NCBI GenBank assembly: GCA_048128005.1 | Contig: JBEUKZ010000135.1 | Coordinates: forward strand, 248,001 to 306,496 | Source of the DNA: Veleropilina oligotropha | Taxonomy: Eukaryota | Direction of reading: 5' to 3' | Length of the DNA: 58,496 nucleotides | Shown: one piece after another, positions 12,916-24,692 of the stretch | How positions within the stretch are numbered: position 1 is the first letter of the stretch | Layout: every line of letters begins with the position of its first letter | Position numbers and translations under genes: made by a program | Notes under the pieces: generated by a model | Seen by the model: only the letters and a program-made list of their open reading frames with translations | Told to the model about the DNA's origin: nothing | Databases searched by the model: none

Positions 12916-14357
12916 AGTAGCATAAGACACGGACAGATGTTCGAGGCATGAACATCTTAATGCAATTTAATTTTTTTCGTGCACAGATATCGTGAAAGTG
13001 CACGGATTTTCTACCAACAATCAACATCTCATCGACTTACAGAATTGAATTACCGTATCTAATTGAGATTAAAAAACGCGCTATATTACCTTCTGTAGTT
13101 CTGCTGTGGCGTTCTGTCACGTCCATCGCTTCATCCCCATCCATAACTCGCGGATTTCAGTAATATCCCAACAGAGAGTACCTGGAATCACAAACCCCAA
13201 CAACGTCAAATATGTATGGTACTAAATAGGAATATTTCCTAATGTATCTCTGAAAATATATCCACTTGCGGTGTGGTCGCATAAATTCAAAAGAACAGAC
13301 CAAGCCAAAAACATACCAAGACATAAGTACGAGTGGGATCATGGCGGCGATCATCGTCTGAGCGAGAGAGCTAGTATCTAGTATAGAGCTAACTGGGTTG
13401 GATATCCCGTTAATATCATTCAATAGGAGTTGGGCTACCCTAAAGCAATAATCATATTTACCTGTCGAATATTATGCACTTTGGGTAATGCGAGGCAGTA
13501 TTTCTTCATCAATTGCCTGGAACAAGTTTATCTCATATCCCATAGCTGAAAAGTGCTGCCATATTTGATTTTGAGCTCGACTGTATGCGTTATACCAATT
13601 GGAATTTCTTTGTTTACGTTTTAGCAATCAGCTGTTTTTTGTACATTATCGTAATAAGTAGTAACGCCGATATACTGCGGAAGAGGCACTACACGCAATA
13701 TTTGAAGACAGTAGCGAGTCTGAAAATGATGTATGCGATGTTTAGCATAGGCCTACTTGTTATGACTACCTGTTTACTCGCTCAGCTGACTTGATGACGT
13801 AGTCTGACCCAGTTTTGTCAACTAGTAATTATATAGTAGTGAGTTTCTTGTGTTTATGAAGGCACACAGATCCTTGCATACATAATTGTATATAAATACA
13901 TAAATATGCTGGTAATAATAATAAAAATAGAAATAAAGTGATATTATTTTATTTCTTTATTTATTGTCATTATGGACGAAAGTGGTGTGTTTTGTATTTT
14001 GAGTATAACTATTGAAATATTGTGTGTATAAAGTCAATTTTTTGCATAGTTTTCAAGTTATGGTTATATTTGATGAATATTAGTAGATGTTGACCATTAC
14101 ATATTATTAAAAATCAATGTAAGAAAATTTTTTTTTTTTTTTTTTTTTTTGGTACTTTACATTAGTAGCCTACCCTGTTCAATCAGTCATCATATTCACT
14201 TCTGTTGCATTGTCATTGAATAAAGCATTCAATTATCTTTCATTTCATATATATTTATCATCGGTTTAAACCAGTAATAGCTGTATAATGAAGCCATAAA
14301 CAAATGGTATACTTGGAATTTCACATTTTCCGAAATCTAATTCAGCTACTACCAAAG

Positions 14358-15108
14358 GGTTAATTAAAGTTGAGTTGTGAGCCTTTTTGGTCTCTTTCGA
14401 ACCCTTCTTAGGCAAATACGCCCTACCTAAAGAATTCTTACGTTATGGTTTCCTTTTCAATACCTATCAAAGAGTACACCTAAACTTATTGTTTTCTCGG
14501 GCGATAAAGATTAATTAAAACCTCCATATGACCCCTTTTAGGCCCTTCTTATGGGCAGTTGCCCCAATGTGGGATTTCTTACAAGGCAGTTTTGCGATCC
14601 TAGTTAGTTGTAGATTTCATAAAGTGAAGATTATTTTCGGGCGCTACTGTTTAATTAAAAAGGGTATTTTAAGATCAGTCGTTTTGGGGCCCTTCTTAAG
14701 TGAAGATGCTCAAAGTAAACATTTCTTACGGTACGATGTCGATTTCTATGTCTCTCAAGGAGATAATCTCCACCAAATTTTTTTTCGGGCGCCAAAGTTT
14801 AATTAAATCCATGGCATGTCACATTTAAGGCCCTTCTTACGGACAGGTGCCCCAATGTATAATTTCTTACGATTCAGTTTCGAAGTCTCAACTATTTGTA
14901 TACATCGTAAAACGAAAATTAGCTTTGGGCGCGACTGTTTAATTAAAAGTATTTTCGGGTCTTTTTAAGGGACTGCGGTTCCCTAATGCCCCAGTTCCGA
15001 AACTTAAGAATCACCTTTCGATAGTTGTGGATGACACATCTCTAAGATGAGCCCATCAAACCTTTCGGGCGCGACATTTTAATTAAGCGATTGCCAGCTC
15101 TCAGTCTA
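14358..15108 (-). repeat. Academ right TIR
   Basis: Inverted match to 6630-7390. Confidence 0.9.
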
Positions 15109-15525
15109 ATAGAGCTTGCTCTTAATTTTATCTCTACAAGTACTAAACGGCGTTTTATTATCTTTTCAGACTCCCTCTCTAGCTTACAAGCACAGAGGGA
15201 GATGAATAGAAATGTTATTGTTCAGGAAATTTTATTGAACTATAACAACCTTTTACCTGATAATGACATTATTTATTGCTGGATACCGAGCCATATCGGT
15301 ATCCAAGGCAATGAGAAGGCTGACCAAGCTGCCAAGGCAGCCTCATATTTTAACAATATCTAAATTGTAGATTACCACACTCAGATTTTAAACAAAGCAT
15401 AAACAAATATATAAATTCTACTTGGCAGCACTCTTGGAGTGAATGCACAAGGAATAAATTGCAGAACAACTCGGCGAGAGGAGGTCGTCTTGGCCAGACT
15501 GAGGATTGGACATTCTCACTACACT

Positions 15526-17737
15526 CACTGCGCCCTTATGCAATAGGCTACCATTAGGTATCCCAACTAAAAATTACAAACTAGAATTAATCTTGTTTGA
15601 CATATCTCAAGTGAATGAAGTGTAAAAATGAAGTAAATAGCTTTTTATTTCAAGCAAATCGGACAATCGGTTTTCATTTTATGGCATTTTTTAAACCATC
15701 GGTTTCCGGTTTCGAAAAATTTCTGAACAAGTCTCTAGCTTTGAAGAGAGATTTTCAAGATGAGCTAAAAAGATTATTAGAAGAGACAATGGTCTGAAAG
15801 TGTGCATACTTGCTGTACAAGTTATATTACCAAGTAATAAAGGAATAATTGGCTATATATTGGGCACAAAAAAGTTATAGAACTATGAATGAAGCATGAT
15901 GGAATCATTTGACAAGAAAATATGTCATCGCGAATTCTTGCCAAAATGGTCAAGGAGACATTTTCCAAGACACATAATTTAAAAGTTATTGACTCCACAA
16001 TGCTGAAATTGCTTGTACTATGGTTAACAGTACTTCGTTATTATATCCATTATCAAAATATCAAAATATCCATTGGCCCGAAAGACAAAATCTGGACATT
16101 TTAGTCAAAATTGCAAACATTTTGAACATTCATAAATAAAGAACCAGAAGAGATAAAGCCTTCAAATTTGGAATACTCTTTAATAAAGATAGGATCAATA
16201 TCAAGCTATATTTGTGATATCATATCTATAATATTATGTGCAAATATATAACATTAAATATGATGCAAAATGACAAATGTCTTTCATCGTTATGTTCATT
16301 ACACAATTTAGTTTACATATAGTAGCAATAAATGAGACAAAAACAATTTATTTAGGTAAAGCATACATCCAGAACAGAAATATATAATAGAAAGAAATGA
16401 TTGCTATTTATACATTTTACATAATAATAATCATAATCCACCATCTGATGAATTCAATATCCATTCATGTTCATGTGAAGCCAACAGCGACAGCAATTAA
16501 CAGATACAATGTATCATTCCCATTTGAGAAGTTATCACAAATGATTTGTACAAATTAATAAATATTAAAATATGAATCATGTCACAGGATGTGACCAAAG
16601 TTAATATAATTTATAAACCAATTTACAGGTCTACACAATCCAATTCTGAAAAGTACATGTTTTTGTAATCCTAAAATATGCTGTTAATATAGTCAACCTC
16701 GGGCACATTCCATGTCCTTCCATTACTTGTATTAACATCAAAGTTATGAACTACAACAAATTTACTTTCAACTGTTGAAACATCATCAACACGTGGCCAC
16801 TTAAATGTGTTTTTGGCACTCTTTGACATAAACTGAAGAACAGCATTAATTTATCACAATCTATGACATCAATAACAGTTCCTATGAACAATTCAGAAAG
16901 GTTCATTAATTATAATCCTTTTATTGGCAGCATCAAGATCGTCACTGGCTATACGCTTACCATTTTCTGCCCTCTGGTCGTGAATCCTATCAATTATTTT
17001 TACGGCAGTGGACAGAGTTAAGATGTCCTTTAATGCTTTACAGAGCTCACTAGCACATTTGTTACCAAATATCAACTGTTTGTCTTTAACACCCAAGATG
17101 GTCTTTAAATATCTCATTTCGTTTTTCAAAGCCTATCTCATCTTTGCGTCAGACTCGCAAAGTTTCATCACCAAATCCACATCAATGCCAGTTATGCATG
17201 GCCCTCTTTGCCATTGAACAGTGTCAATTAAATGGACCTTATGTTCAGTCTTTTTGGATTCCTTTTCTTTCATTTGCGATTGCAGTCGTCAAGTTTTTCT
17301 TTCATCAAGTTCACTACCTTTTTCTCATATTCAACATATTTTTGTCTCGCCCCGAAGGGAAAGCGACACTTAGGGATTACATTTTCCGGCGGCGGCGGTG
17401 TCGTGTCATTTTCGGTTAAAGTTTTTTCGGTTAAAGTTTTTCATTGAATGGAATTTTCTGATACATGGATATATATATTTAAAGGGCGAGACATATCGGA
17501 CCGTGGTTCTTGTTGTCTGTATTCAACACTCTTTTTCCTACACAGTGCTAATAACTTTGCTTGGTCGGCTGGTGAATTTTCACAAAAATATACAGATAGT
17601 GTCTTGTTGCGCTTAACAATTTGGACACCTGAGTGAAAGTATAGCGATGCATGATGCTTTTTGAACTGAGAAAAATCAAGGTCTCCAAATTCATGCTCAG
17701 ACACAAGATTGGTAAGTTTACAGTGATACATTGATTT
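15526..17737 (-). mobile_element. Decayed DNA-transposon remnant (3' part), possible CACTG terminus (CMC-like, tentative); continues at 33132 beyond the virus
   Basis: Abrupt junction with the LINE at CACTGCGCCC (CACT is also LINE sequence, so the boundary is ambiguous); broken minus-strand ORF ~16620-17737 with TNLVSEHEFGDLD...KRNKT, a coiled coil and FKWPRVDD. Confidence 0.55.
17339..17514 (+). mobile_element. Helentron-associated non-autonomous element (HINE/DINE-1-like)
   Basis: SubTIRs TGTCTCGCC/GGCGAGACA, (GGC)n tract, 3' stem-loop GGACC..GGTTC, T-rich ends; removing it rejoins the host frame (YRQ|KYVEYEKK). Confidence 0.8.
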
Positions 17738-17743
17738 TCTTAG

Positions 17744-17977
17744 GGGGGGACTAGGGCGTTTTGAACTCTGTTAGGGGGGCGGGCCGGGGCGACCGGGGAG
17801 GCTCCCAGCCCTATTTCCGAACTGAGGGGGCTCGTAATATATACCCCTAGGGCATTTCAGAGGAAGTTAGGGTGGGGTCCGGGGGCCCGGGGGTGGGGGC
17901 TCCCATCCCTATTTCAGACCCGAGGGTAGGGATTGTATTACAAAAAGTCAGTGTGTACAGCACCCACTACCCTAGCC
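17744..17977 (+). repeat. Virus left TIR (G-rich)
   Basis: Reverse complement of ~32888-33125 with a few mismatches. Confidence 0.93.
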
Positions 17978-18244
17978 AGGCAGGCGTATGTTTGTATCCG
18001 TGCCGAGAACTCCTTTGTTACTGCCTGGTGTATTCATAGCCTGTGGCTGACCTAGTGCTCCCGTTATCGAGAAGCCACGTGACGATGACTCCACAAGAAT
18101 ACTGTCCACCACGTAAACAAGGGTACCGATACATTTTTTCTGTGCTAACCTGAAGTTCGGGGACCAAAATAATTTTTCTGGACCAACTAGTTTTAACTGG
18201 GCTAACCTCGGCGAAGTTCGCATTGACAGTGTGAAATTTCTGTT

Positions 18245-18508
18245 TGCGATTCGCCTAATACTACACACGACCAAGGTATCCATGGGCACTGTTCGACTAG
18301 GCATTCAACGCAAATGCACTGCGAGGTATTTCATTCATAAATCGGACAATGGATCGACCTGAAAAGTATGCGATTCGCCTAATACTACACACGACCAAGG
18401 TATCCATGGGCACTGTCGCGACTAGGCATTCAACGCCAACAATTACCCATTGATACATGCACTGCGAGGTATTTCATTCATAAATCTGACAATGGATCGA
18501 CCTGAAAA
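18245..18508. repeat. Tandem duplication of a ~124-bp unit in the viral left non-coding region
   Basis: TGCGATTCGCCTAATACTACACACG...GGATCGACCTGAAAA at 18245 and 18369; the second copy has a ~20-nt insert. Confidence 0.9.
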
Positions 18509-19044
18509 ATGTAGAAGGTCACAGCTGTTTATATAATTATATAGTTGGCCGATGTTAAAGTGCAATTACAGGGTGAGTGATGTCCGATTTTTCTCCACGC
18601 ACCGAAGCAGCCAGACAGCATGGTATAATACTCCCCATTTTTGCCAGGACATAGGGAGGGGGTCGAACACTGGACACATGTGACAGTATCTGGGGGGGTG
18701 GCAGGGCTACAGTCATTCTCTCCGATAACATAGTAGTGACACGATGGTGGGGATACCTCAGCGGGGGGATCTCCCAGGCGTAGTAGCAGGTTTCTTCGCA
18801 GGGGGTCAAATCGGGCGTTATACCTGGGATGGTTGCGATACCTAGCCCACGTATGTTCGAGAATTAATGCAGTGTCGTGTCTCGACGCCTGGGTAGAGAC
18901 ACCCCCTAGCCAGCACACCGCGGCAACACCGCGGCAATGCACAGAAGTAGCATGGATTTCATGGTTGTCCAGATATCACTGTCGAGTTCTAGCTTTAATA
19001 CGGGGGAGGAGGGGGGTAGTCGTGGCTACGCTCAACCTGGATGG

Positions 19045-19680
19045 TTAGTCGCCAGCCCCGATTTTTTTCAGCAGCTCTGCGCGACCCTCTTTACGACCAC
19101 GCTCAATAAGCTCGCTCTGGGTCTGTGAAACCGTGGTGTGCGCCTTCCTACTCTTATCCCGAATTGATGCCTTCATGGCTTGGTATTTCTCCATCTCCCC
19201 TGTGACCAGTTGGAATTCATCATCAGACATCACCCCGTCCGCTAAGGCCTTTGATACGTGGTCGGTTATGGTATTCAGCTTGCGGTCGGCCAGTACTCTG
19301 ATCTCGTCATGCTTTTTAGCCTTCACCCCGAGGCGTCGGCTAATGTATTTTCCACCCATGCTAGCGAGCCCACACCCCAACGCCGCTAGTTCCAGCACTA
19401 GGACCACGGGTGCGGCAACGATCGTGGACAACAGTCCGATGCCGGCGCTACCCATGCCAAGGGTGGCGACGACTAGCCCGTTATCTATCCCGTCAATGAC
19501 ATTAATGCCTCGTCGGTATTTCTTGTACAGGGCGGCTCGAGCGTCCCGTTCTCGTTCTAGCTGTCCCTGGAGCTCATTCACTTTCTGTAGTCGGAAAGAC
19601 TGTGCCTCCGGCAGTTCCGAAGGCACATCGCCACCAAGCTGTGGGTACAGCGTTGGCGCTGAGGGCTTGCTGTCCATCAT
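19045..19680 (-). CDS. Viral membrane protein: two hydrophobic helices flanked by coiled coils (211 aa)
   Basis: ATG-started ORF coupled to the upstream stop (ATGA); central hydrophobic hairpin LVVATLG...LAALGCGLAS. Confidence 0.8.
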   Translation of the reverse strand: MMDSKPSAPTLYPQLGGDVPSELPEAQSFRLQKVNELQGQLERERDARAALYKKYRRGINVIDGIDNGLVVATLGMGSAGIGLLSTIVAAPVVLVLELAALGCGLASMGGKYISRRLGVKAKKHDEIRVLADRKLNTITDHVSKALADGVMSDDEFQLVTGEMEKYQAMKASIRDKSRKAHTTVSQTQSELIERGRKEGRAELLKKIGAGD

Positions 19681-20027
19681 ACGTGGCTGTATTGTTCAGC
19701 CTGTTGATTCCCAATGTCTACCGTAACGTTCAAATACAGGGTGCCTACCCACGGGGCCTTGATGATGAAGGCGAGGGTCAACCTGTCCGAATTCAGGCCA
19801 AGCGTACTTATGGAACATGCTTTGGGGCCCCCGGCGGGCTGGACCGGCGTCAGGTGGATCATTAGGAGGGCTGGGTTTAACCCAAACCGACCTCCAGCGT
19901 TTGGGATCATGAACTCTCTCTTCGCCAGCCCCTTCTTGGGTGCTTCTCCACAATTAAGAACGGAGTGCCACCGGGTCTGGGAAGAGGGCTCATCTGCCCG
20001 CAGGGTCCCATAGATGCTGGTGCTCAT
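19677..20027 (-). CDS. Viral hypothetical beta-rich protein (116 aa)
   Basis: ATGA overlaps with both neighbours. Confidence 0.7.
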   Translation of the reverse strand: MSTSIYGTLRADEPSSQTRWHSVLNCGEAPKKGLAKREFMIPNAGGRFGLNPALLMIHLTPVQPAGGPKACSISTLGLNSDRLTLAFIIKAPWVGTLYLNVTVDIGNQQAEQYSHV

Positions 20028-20764
20028 TGTATCGCAAGGACTGCGGTAATGGGCATGCCGTGATTGTCGATCGGGTTACTGTCTGCGTCTGTGACGTACA
20101 CCTTCAACTCTGTGATAATCCCGGCCTGTAGTCGCCGGCCGGCGGGATGCCTGTGGTAGTGGCCAGCCTCACCGAACATCTGCGACATGATAGGGACTAC
20201 CGCGAGAATAGTGCTCGGGGCTCCGTCCTTCACATTGTGTGTCGTACTGAGCTGCTCCAGGTGAACGTGCAGGGTCGGCGCTATGGCAAACCCGACAGGC
20301 TTATTCCCATCATAAGTCCCAGGGCGTAGCCACTCGGATCTCTCCGGAGGGGGAGGTCGGCCCTGTACTCCGGTGCGAAGGGGAGGGTTCAGATTCCCCG
20401 ATTTATCGAGAATGAACGAAGACAGGGGTAAGCCTAGGAGTTTCCTGATATCGTCGCTTATCGTGAGTCGGGTCCCCTCTGGGACTACGACTCGGGCGAG
20501 TCCCGTAGCATGGCTTACATACAGCTGTATGTTAACTAGCGACCTCTTCATCGTCTTGGCGAGGTCATCGAAGCTGTAGAAACCTGGTGCCACCTCTACC
20601 GTGGTATCGGGGGTCTTAAAGAAGGCTCCGGCGTGCACGTTGTGCCAGCCGACCCAATAGTCGAGTGACTGCAAGCTGACACATAAATTGCCTTCCCGAT
20701 TATCAATCGGCTCCAGGAGGGCAACCGTGGTCCCCTCTTGAACACTCGTTAATGTGTGAAACAG
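20024..20764 (-). CDS. Minor capsid (penton-like, single jelly-roll) protein; start codon appears as CTG
   Basis: PGFYSFDDL, LHVHLEQLST..N..DG.PSTILAVVP and LKVYVTD...PIDNHG.PITAVL resemble Polinton-like penton motifs; frame is open upstream to 20764. Confidence 0.75.
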   Translation of the reverse strand: MFHTLTSVQEGTTVALLEPIDNREGNLCVSLQSLDYWVGWHNVHAGAFFKTPDTTVEVAPGFYSFDDLAKTMKRSLVNIQLYVSHATGLARVVVPEGTRLTISDDIRKLLGLPLSSFILDKSGNLNPPLRTGVQGRPPPPERSEWLRPGTYDGNKPVGFAIAPTLHVHLEQLSTTHNVKDGAPSTILAVVPIMSQMFGEAGHYHRHPAGRRLQAGIITELKVYVTDADSNPIDNHGMPITAVLAIQ

Positions 20765-20766
20765 CT

Positions 20767-22026
20767 ATGGCTAAGAGCGCCTTTGTATTCAATAGGAGTG
20801 CGGCCTATACGACCGGTGTGGTGTACCCAGCAAAGATCAAAGATGAGCAGCTTACGAGACCAAGCATCAATGTGGGTAATAGCTCAACCACTGCATTCGG
20901 GGCAACATATCCCGACGTCTTTCAAAAATATCGCCTCCCTCACGTCGCGAGTGACGGGCTGATAAGGGATTGGAACAGCACGCCGATGCGATTTTGGCAG
21001 AACAAGGTCAATTTCGCCATCTGGTGTGCCACAACGGGTTCTGGGATCTCCTCAGAAGACCACTTGAATGCGACCGACCCCCTCTCCAGAGCCGTATTCA
21101 CCTTCCACGTCTACTATCAGGTCAGAAGGATCTTGACCGAGATTCAGGCCCCGCTGCCACAGGACCGGACGTGGGACGCCTTCGACAACCCGTATGACCG
21201 AAGGGCATATGAAAAGATCTGCAGCGAATTCGGAGTGTCCCCACATACCGACTGGCGTGTCAAGGGTCCCAACGGCAGACTAGGCACCGCTTACAGCTAC
21301 TGGACGAACAACGACTACCACCCCATCGGACGTGAGTATGATCCAAGCCGAATGTCCTTCACCAAAGGTACGACCAACACGAATCTGCACGTGGACTACA
21401 TCGCGCAAGCGCCTGCGCTTTCAAACGGCTGGGCTTCCTTTATTCTGGACAAGTCGGCGGGATTCACGAGGGCCGGCGTGGAGAGGCTCAATGACTCCAT
21501 CAGGACCTACGTCTGGGCGATTCTTGGAGCGCAGGCTCAAACGCGTGCAGGCATTCTGGGTAGTGGGACGGCATTTGACGCACAGAAACAGTACCTGGCG
21601 AACGTGGAAGATGCCATCGCATCGCCAGTGGACCTCCCAGCAGCCATCAAACGGTACCAAGAGGTGCTCCAGTATGCGAGGTCCAAAGTGGACTTCGTAT
21701 TCGGCATTGGCCTGTACATGGCGCCAAGTAACATGCTCCTGCGAATAGGTCAGGTGGCTGGGTATAACAACGAAATCGTAGTTGCCACGGAAGACCAGAC
21801 ACTCGGTCTTAATACGACCGTCAACGGCGCCAGTGTGCCGCCCAACGCCGCTGGGGATACTGGAGAAACATGACTGGTTATTCCACAAGACGCAGATGCA
21901 AGCATACCGGTAGTCACTCTGAAGCATCTAAACGCTGCCCCGGTAGCTGTGGCACATGACGAGGAGAAAACCGCACTCATCGTGGGCGGCATTGTCGTTG
22001 GCCTAGCGTTCATTTGGCTTACGTGA
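20767..22026 (+). pseudogene. Viral protein with C-terminal membrane anchor; in-frame TGA at 21871
   Basis: The 373-aa ORF continues in frame after TGA to ...EEKTALIVGGIVVGLAFIWLT*. Confidence 0.75.
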
Positions 22027-23346
22027 CCCACTGTCTAGCGGCAATAAGAAGCAAGCCCCCAACTGATATAATCACAGCCCACAGGTTTTCAGCAAGCCAC
22101 GACGCTGTCTTGCCGACCAGGTTGATTAGCCAGGATACCAGGCTGCCAATCATGCCTGGGAGTGCGGCAGCCGCCTTCCCTGCTAGTTTTCCCAGAATCC
22201 GACCCAGGTTCTGCAGCTGCTTTTTGACCCACTCCTTGACCCCCCCCCCTGACCACTGGGAGGTGATGGTGGTTGTGGTATGCTCGGCGCTCCACCGGTT
22301 AGTGCTAGTACCAGAGTCGAGATGGCGAGCCCGATAGCGGTCAGTATGGTTGCTATCGTAACCCCTTGCTCTCGGAAGAGGGTCCGGATACGCTCGGCCA
22401 GCGTTGTGTCAGAGTGGATGAACCGATTTAGCATCTCTCGGATCCGGCTGATTTGAGAGCGAAGGGCCTCCCGGCTGGATCCGGCTGCCTCGAGGCGAGC
22501 TGCTCTCTCGTCATGTAAATTGCGCAGACGTTCCGCGATCCGTCGACGGACGAACTCATCCACACCGCCCTCTTCATCTGCCTGATCGAGCTTCCTCTTC
22601 TCCAGCTCTATGTGTTCGTCCAGCGCCGTTAGTTTGGCCAGGTTGTTAGTGAGCTCGCCTCGAATGGTCTGCATCGCCTTGTCAAGTCCGCGAAGCTCGC
22701 GGAGGTTTAATGGAGGGTCCCCCATTGTGCCTAAGATCTCTTCAACCGCAGCATCTGTGAACGTCGTCTCCATTGTGTGGATGGCAGATGCCGCATCTGT
22801 AGCTGTCTGCCCCAAGTCCCGCAGTTCCACGTTGTCTACGTTGGCCGCCGCACCGCTCAACTCATTGTCGGCTGTCTGAAGAGCTGCAACCGCTTTTGAG
22901 GCCAGCTTCTTCTGTCCCCCTTTCCCCCGCTTCTCTGGCCGCTTCCATTCTGCGAATCCCAAACCCTTCCTGATGGCTTTACCCCCATCACGCCGGTTAG
23001 CTATCGTTGACAAAGCATTTGGTTTTTTAGATTTCGAATTGATGAGATCGATGCGTGGATATTTCTTCAGCCGCAATCCCTCCCCCTCTACATACTCGAA
23101 CTGGGCATAATCACGATACGGGGGCGGGGTCTGCCCCTCCCATGCCAGGGCGTCGTAGTAGTCATCAACCGCGTCCTTCATGAGCTTTTGCCTCTGACTG
23201 CTGGTTCCTTCCTGTGGCGCCGGCATAAACCGGTCGGCGGATCTATCCACATCAATATCGTCGATGATGGTATCATCGTTGTCGATGGGATCATCGTTGT
23301 CGATGAAATCATCAAGCTCGAATGCGGGGTTCGGGAATTCCGCCAT
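22019..23346 (-). pseudogene. Viral coiled-coil membrane protein; frameshift in G10 run at ~22240-22249
   Basis: Acidic N-terminus, long coiled coil, TM helix; removing one G yields GVKEWVKKQLQNLGRILGKLAGKAAAALPGMIGSLVSWL...AVIISVGGLLLIAARQWVT*. Confidence 0.8.
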
Positions 23347-23388
23347 TTGAATACAACCACCGAGTACGCATCTAATTCAGCCAACAAC

Positions 23389-24692
23389 ATGGCCAGCCTA
23401 TACGGACGCACGCTTGATCCATACCGCAGACTGCGAGAGCCTCTTGGGGTCAAAGGTATCCGCCAGTCGGTCACGATAACAAATAACCCATCCACGATTG
23501 CCGCAAACCAGCAGCTGTTGGTTCGGTTCCCGAATCTCGGGGCTCACGACGTTATCGTGCCAGGGACTGCCCACCTCGCATTCACCATTTCTCTGACCTC
23601 GGCTAACCCGAACAGAACTGTAGTTCAGAACATCGGACGCGCCGTGGTGAAAAAGACCACGATAAAGATTAGTGGAAACGAAATCTTATCGATTGACGAC
23701 TCCGACGTGTATCATTGCTACTGTGACCTCTGGAAGACACCCCAGGAACGCAACAGCGCCCACTACCAGGGTATCGATACCAGCGACGGCCACAACACTA
23801 CGAAGAATCGTGTCGGCGCTGAGGGCGCATTCAGACGTTCTGAGAACACTGCCATCTCGGACGCTTACGGTCCGAGGTTCCGCATTCCGCTGGATTTCGA
23901 GTTGCTGGAGAGCCATATGCCGTTCTACCAGAGTGCCCTTGGAGACCGTCTTGAGTACGAGCTCACCTTCAATGATCACTCAAGGACGATCAGGGACACC
24001 GATGACCCCAGTTCCAGCTACAGCATCGACAACATTAGCCTGGAGTATGACATGGTCACCCAGGTAGATCTGGCCAGGCTGATACGCAACCAATACTCGG
24101 GCCGTATCGCCATCCTCTACGACCGTGTCCTCCGGTATCGTAAGCTCACCAGGGACAAAAGTGACACTCTGTGGAATTTGAATGTGAACGTTCCGGCGAG
24201 ATCCATGAAGGGATCTTACTTCTGTTCGAGGATCCCGCGAGAGACGCCGCACCATTTGCCAGGGACACTGAGGCCTTCTACAACCCGAAAATCACCAATG
24301 TGGAGATAACTATAGAGGGGGTTCCGAACCAAATATACAGCCAGGGCATGCGTTCCCACCAGATGTGGGACGAAGCCAGGAAGCTGTTCGCCTCCAACCC
24401 GATCAGTAAGAGGCATCCTGAGGTGGCGTTGGTTGCTAAGGATTTGGCTTTGGCAGACGTGACCCTGGGCCAGTTCTTAACGAAAAAGTATGCTTTATGG
24501 ATCGATTTGCGGGTCACCGACGACGACGGGCTGCACGGCTCCGGCCGGAAGGTAGATAACGGCAGCGAAGGCATCACCATCCAAATCACGAAGATGGGTG
24601 AAGCAGCCGGCCCGTTGAACGTTTATCAGTACATCGTTATGGACGCGCAGCTCAATATTGAGAATGGCCGATTTGTCACCGCGCTGTACTAG
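23389..24692 (+). pseudogene. Major capsid protein (double jelly-roll, ~434 aa); 1-nt frameshift at ~24210
   Basis: VVQNIGRAVVKK.TIKISGNEILSIDD, FRIPLD, LEYELTF, YSIDNISLEYD, PARSMKG|ILLLF, ITNVEITIEG, YALWIDLR; typical size, directly upstream of the ATPase. Confidence 0.82.

Larger units (their letters stand above)
6630..15108 (-). mobile_element. Academ superfamily DNA transposon (XPG-domain type), 8479 bp
   Basis: TAG...CTA termini, long TIRs, 3-bp TSD ATA (6627-6629 and 15109-15111); empty site at ~48475 in the inverted copy; large transposase with XPG-like C-terminus. Confidence 0.92.
926..15525 (+). mobile_element. Old non-autonomous chimeric LINE, copy 1, interrupted by a young LINE (4510-6063) and by Academ (6630-15108), truncated at ~15525
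   Basis: Colinear with the uninterrupted inverted copy at ~48020-52623; shares the 237-bp ORF2 deletion and endonuclease-region stops. Confidence 0.85.

Noticed and set aside
17541..17547. RSS/Transib heptamer CACAGTG at the inverted-copy breakpoint
   Set aside because: No nonamer or Transib transposase; it lies inside a coding remnant and is probably chance.
23188..23388. N-terminal extension of the MCP ORF
   Set aside because: Overlaps the divergent gene antisense; the ATG at 23389 gives a typical MCP size.
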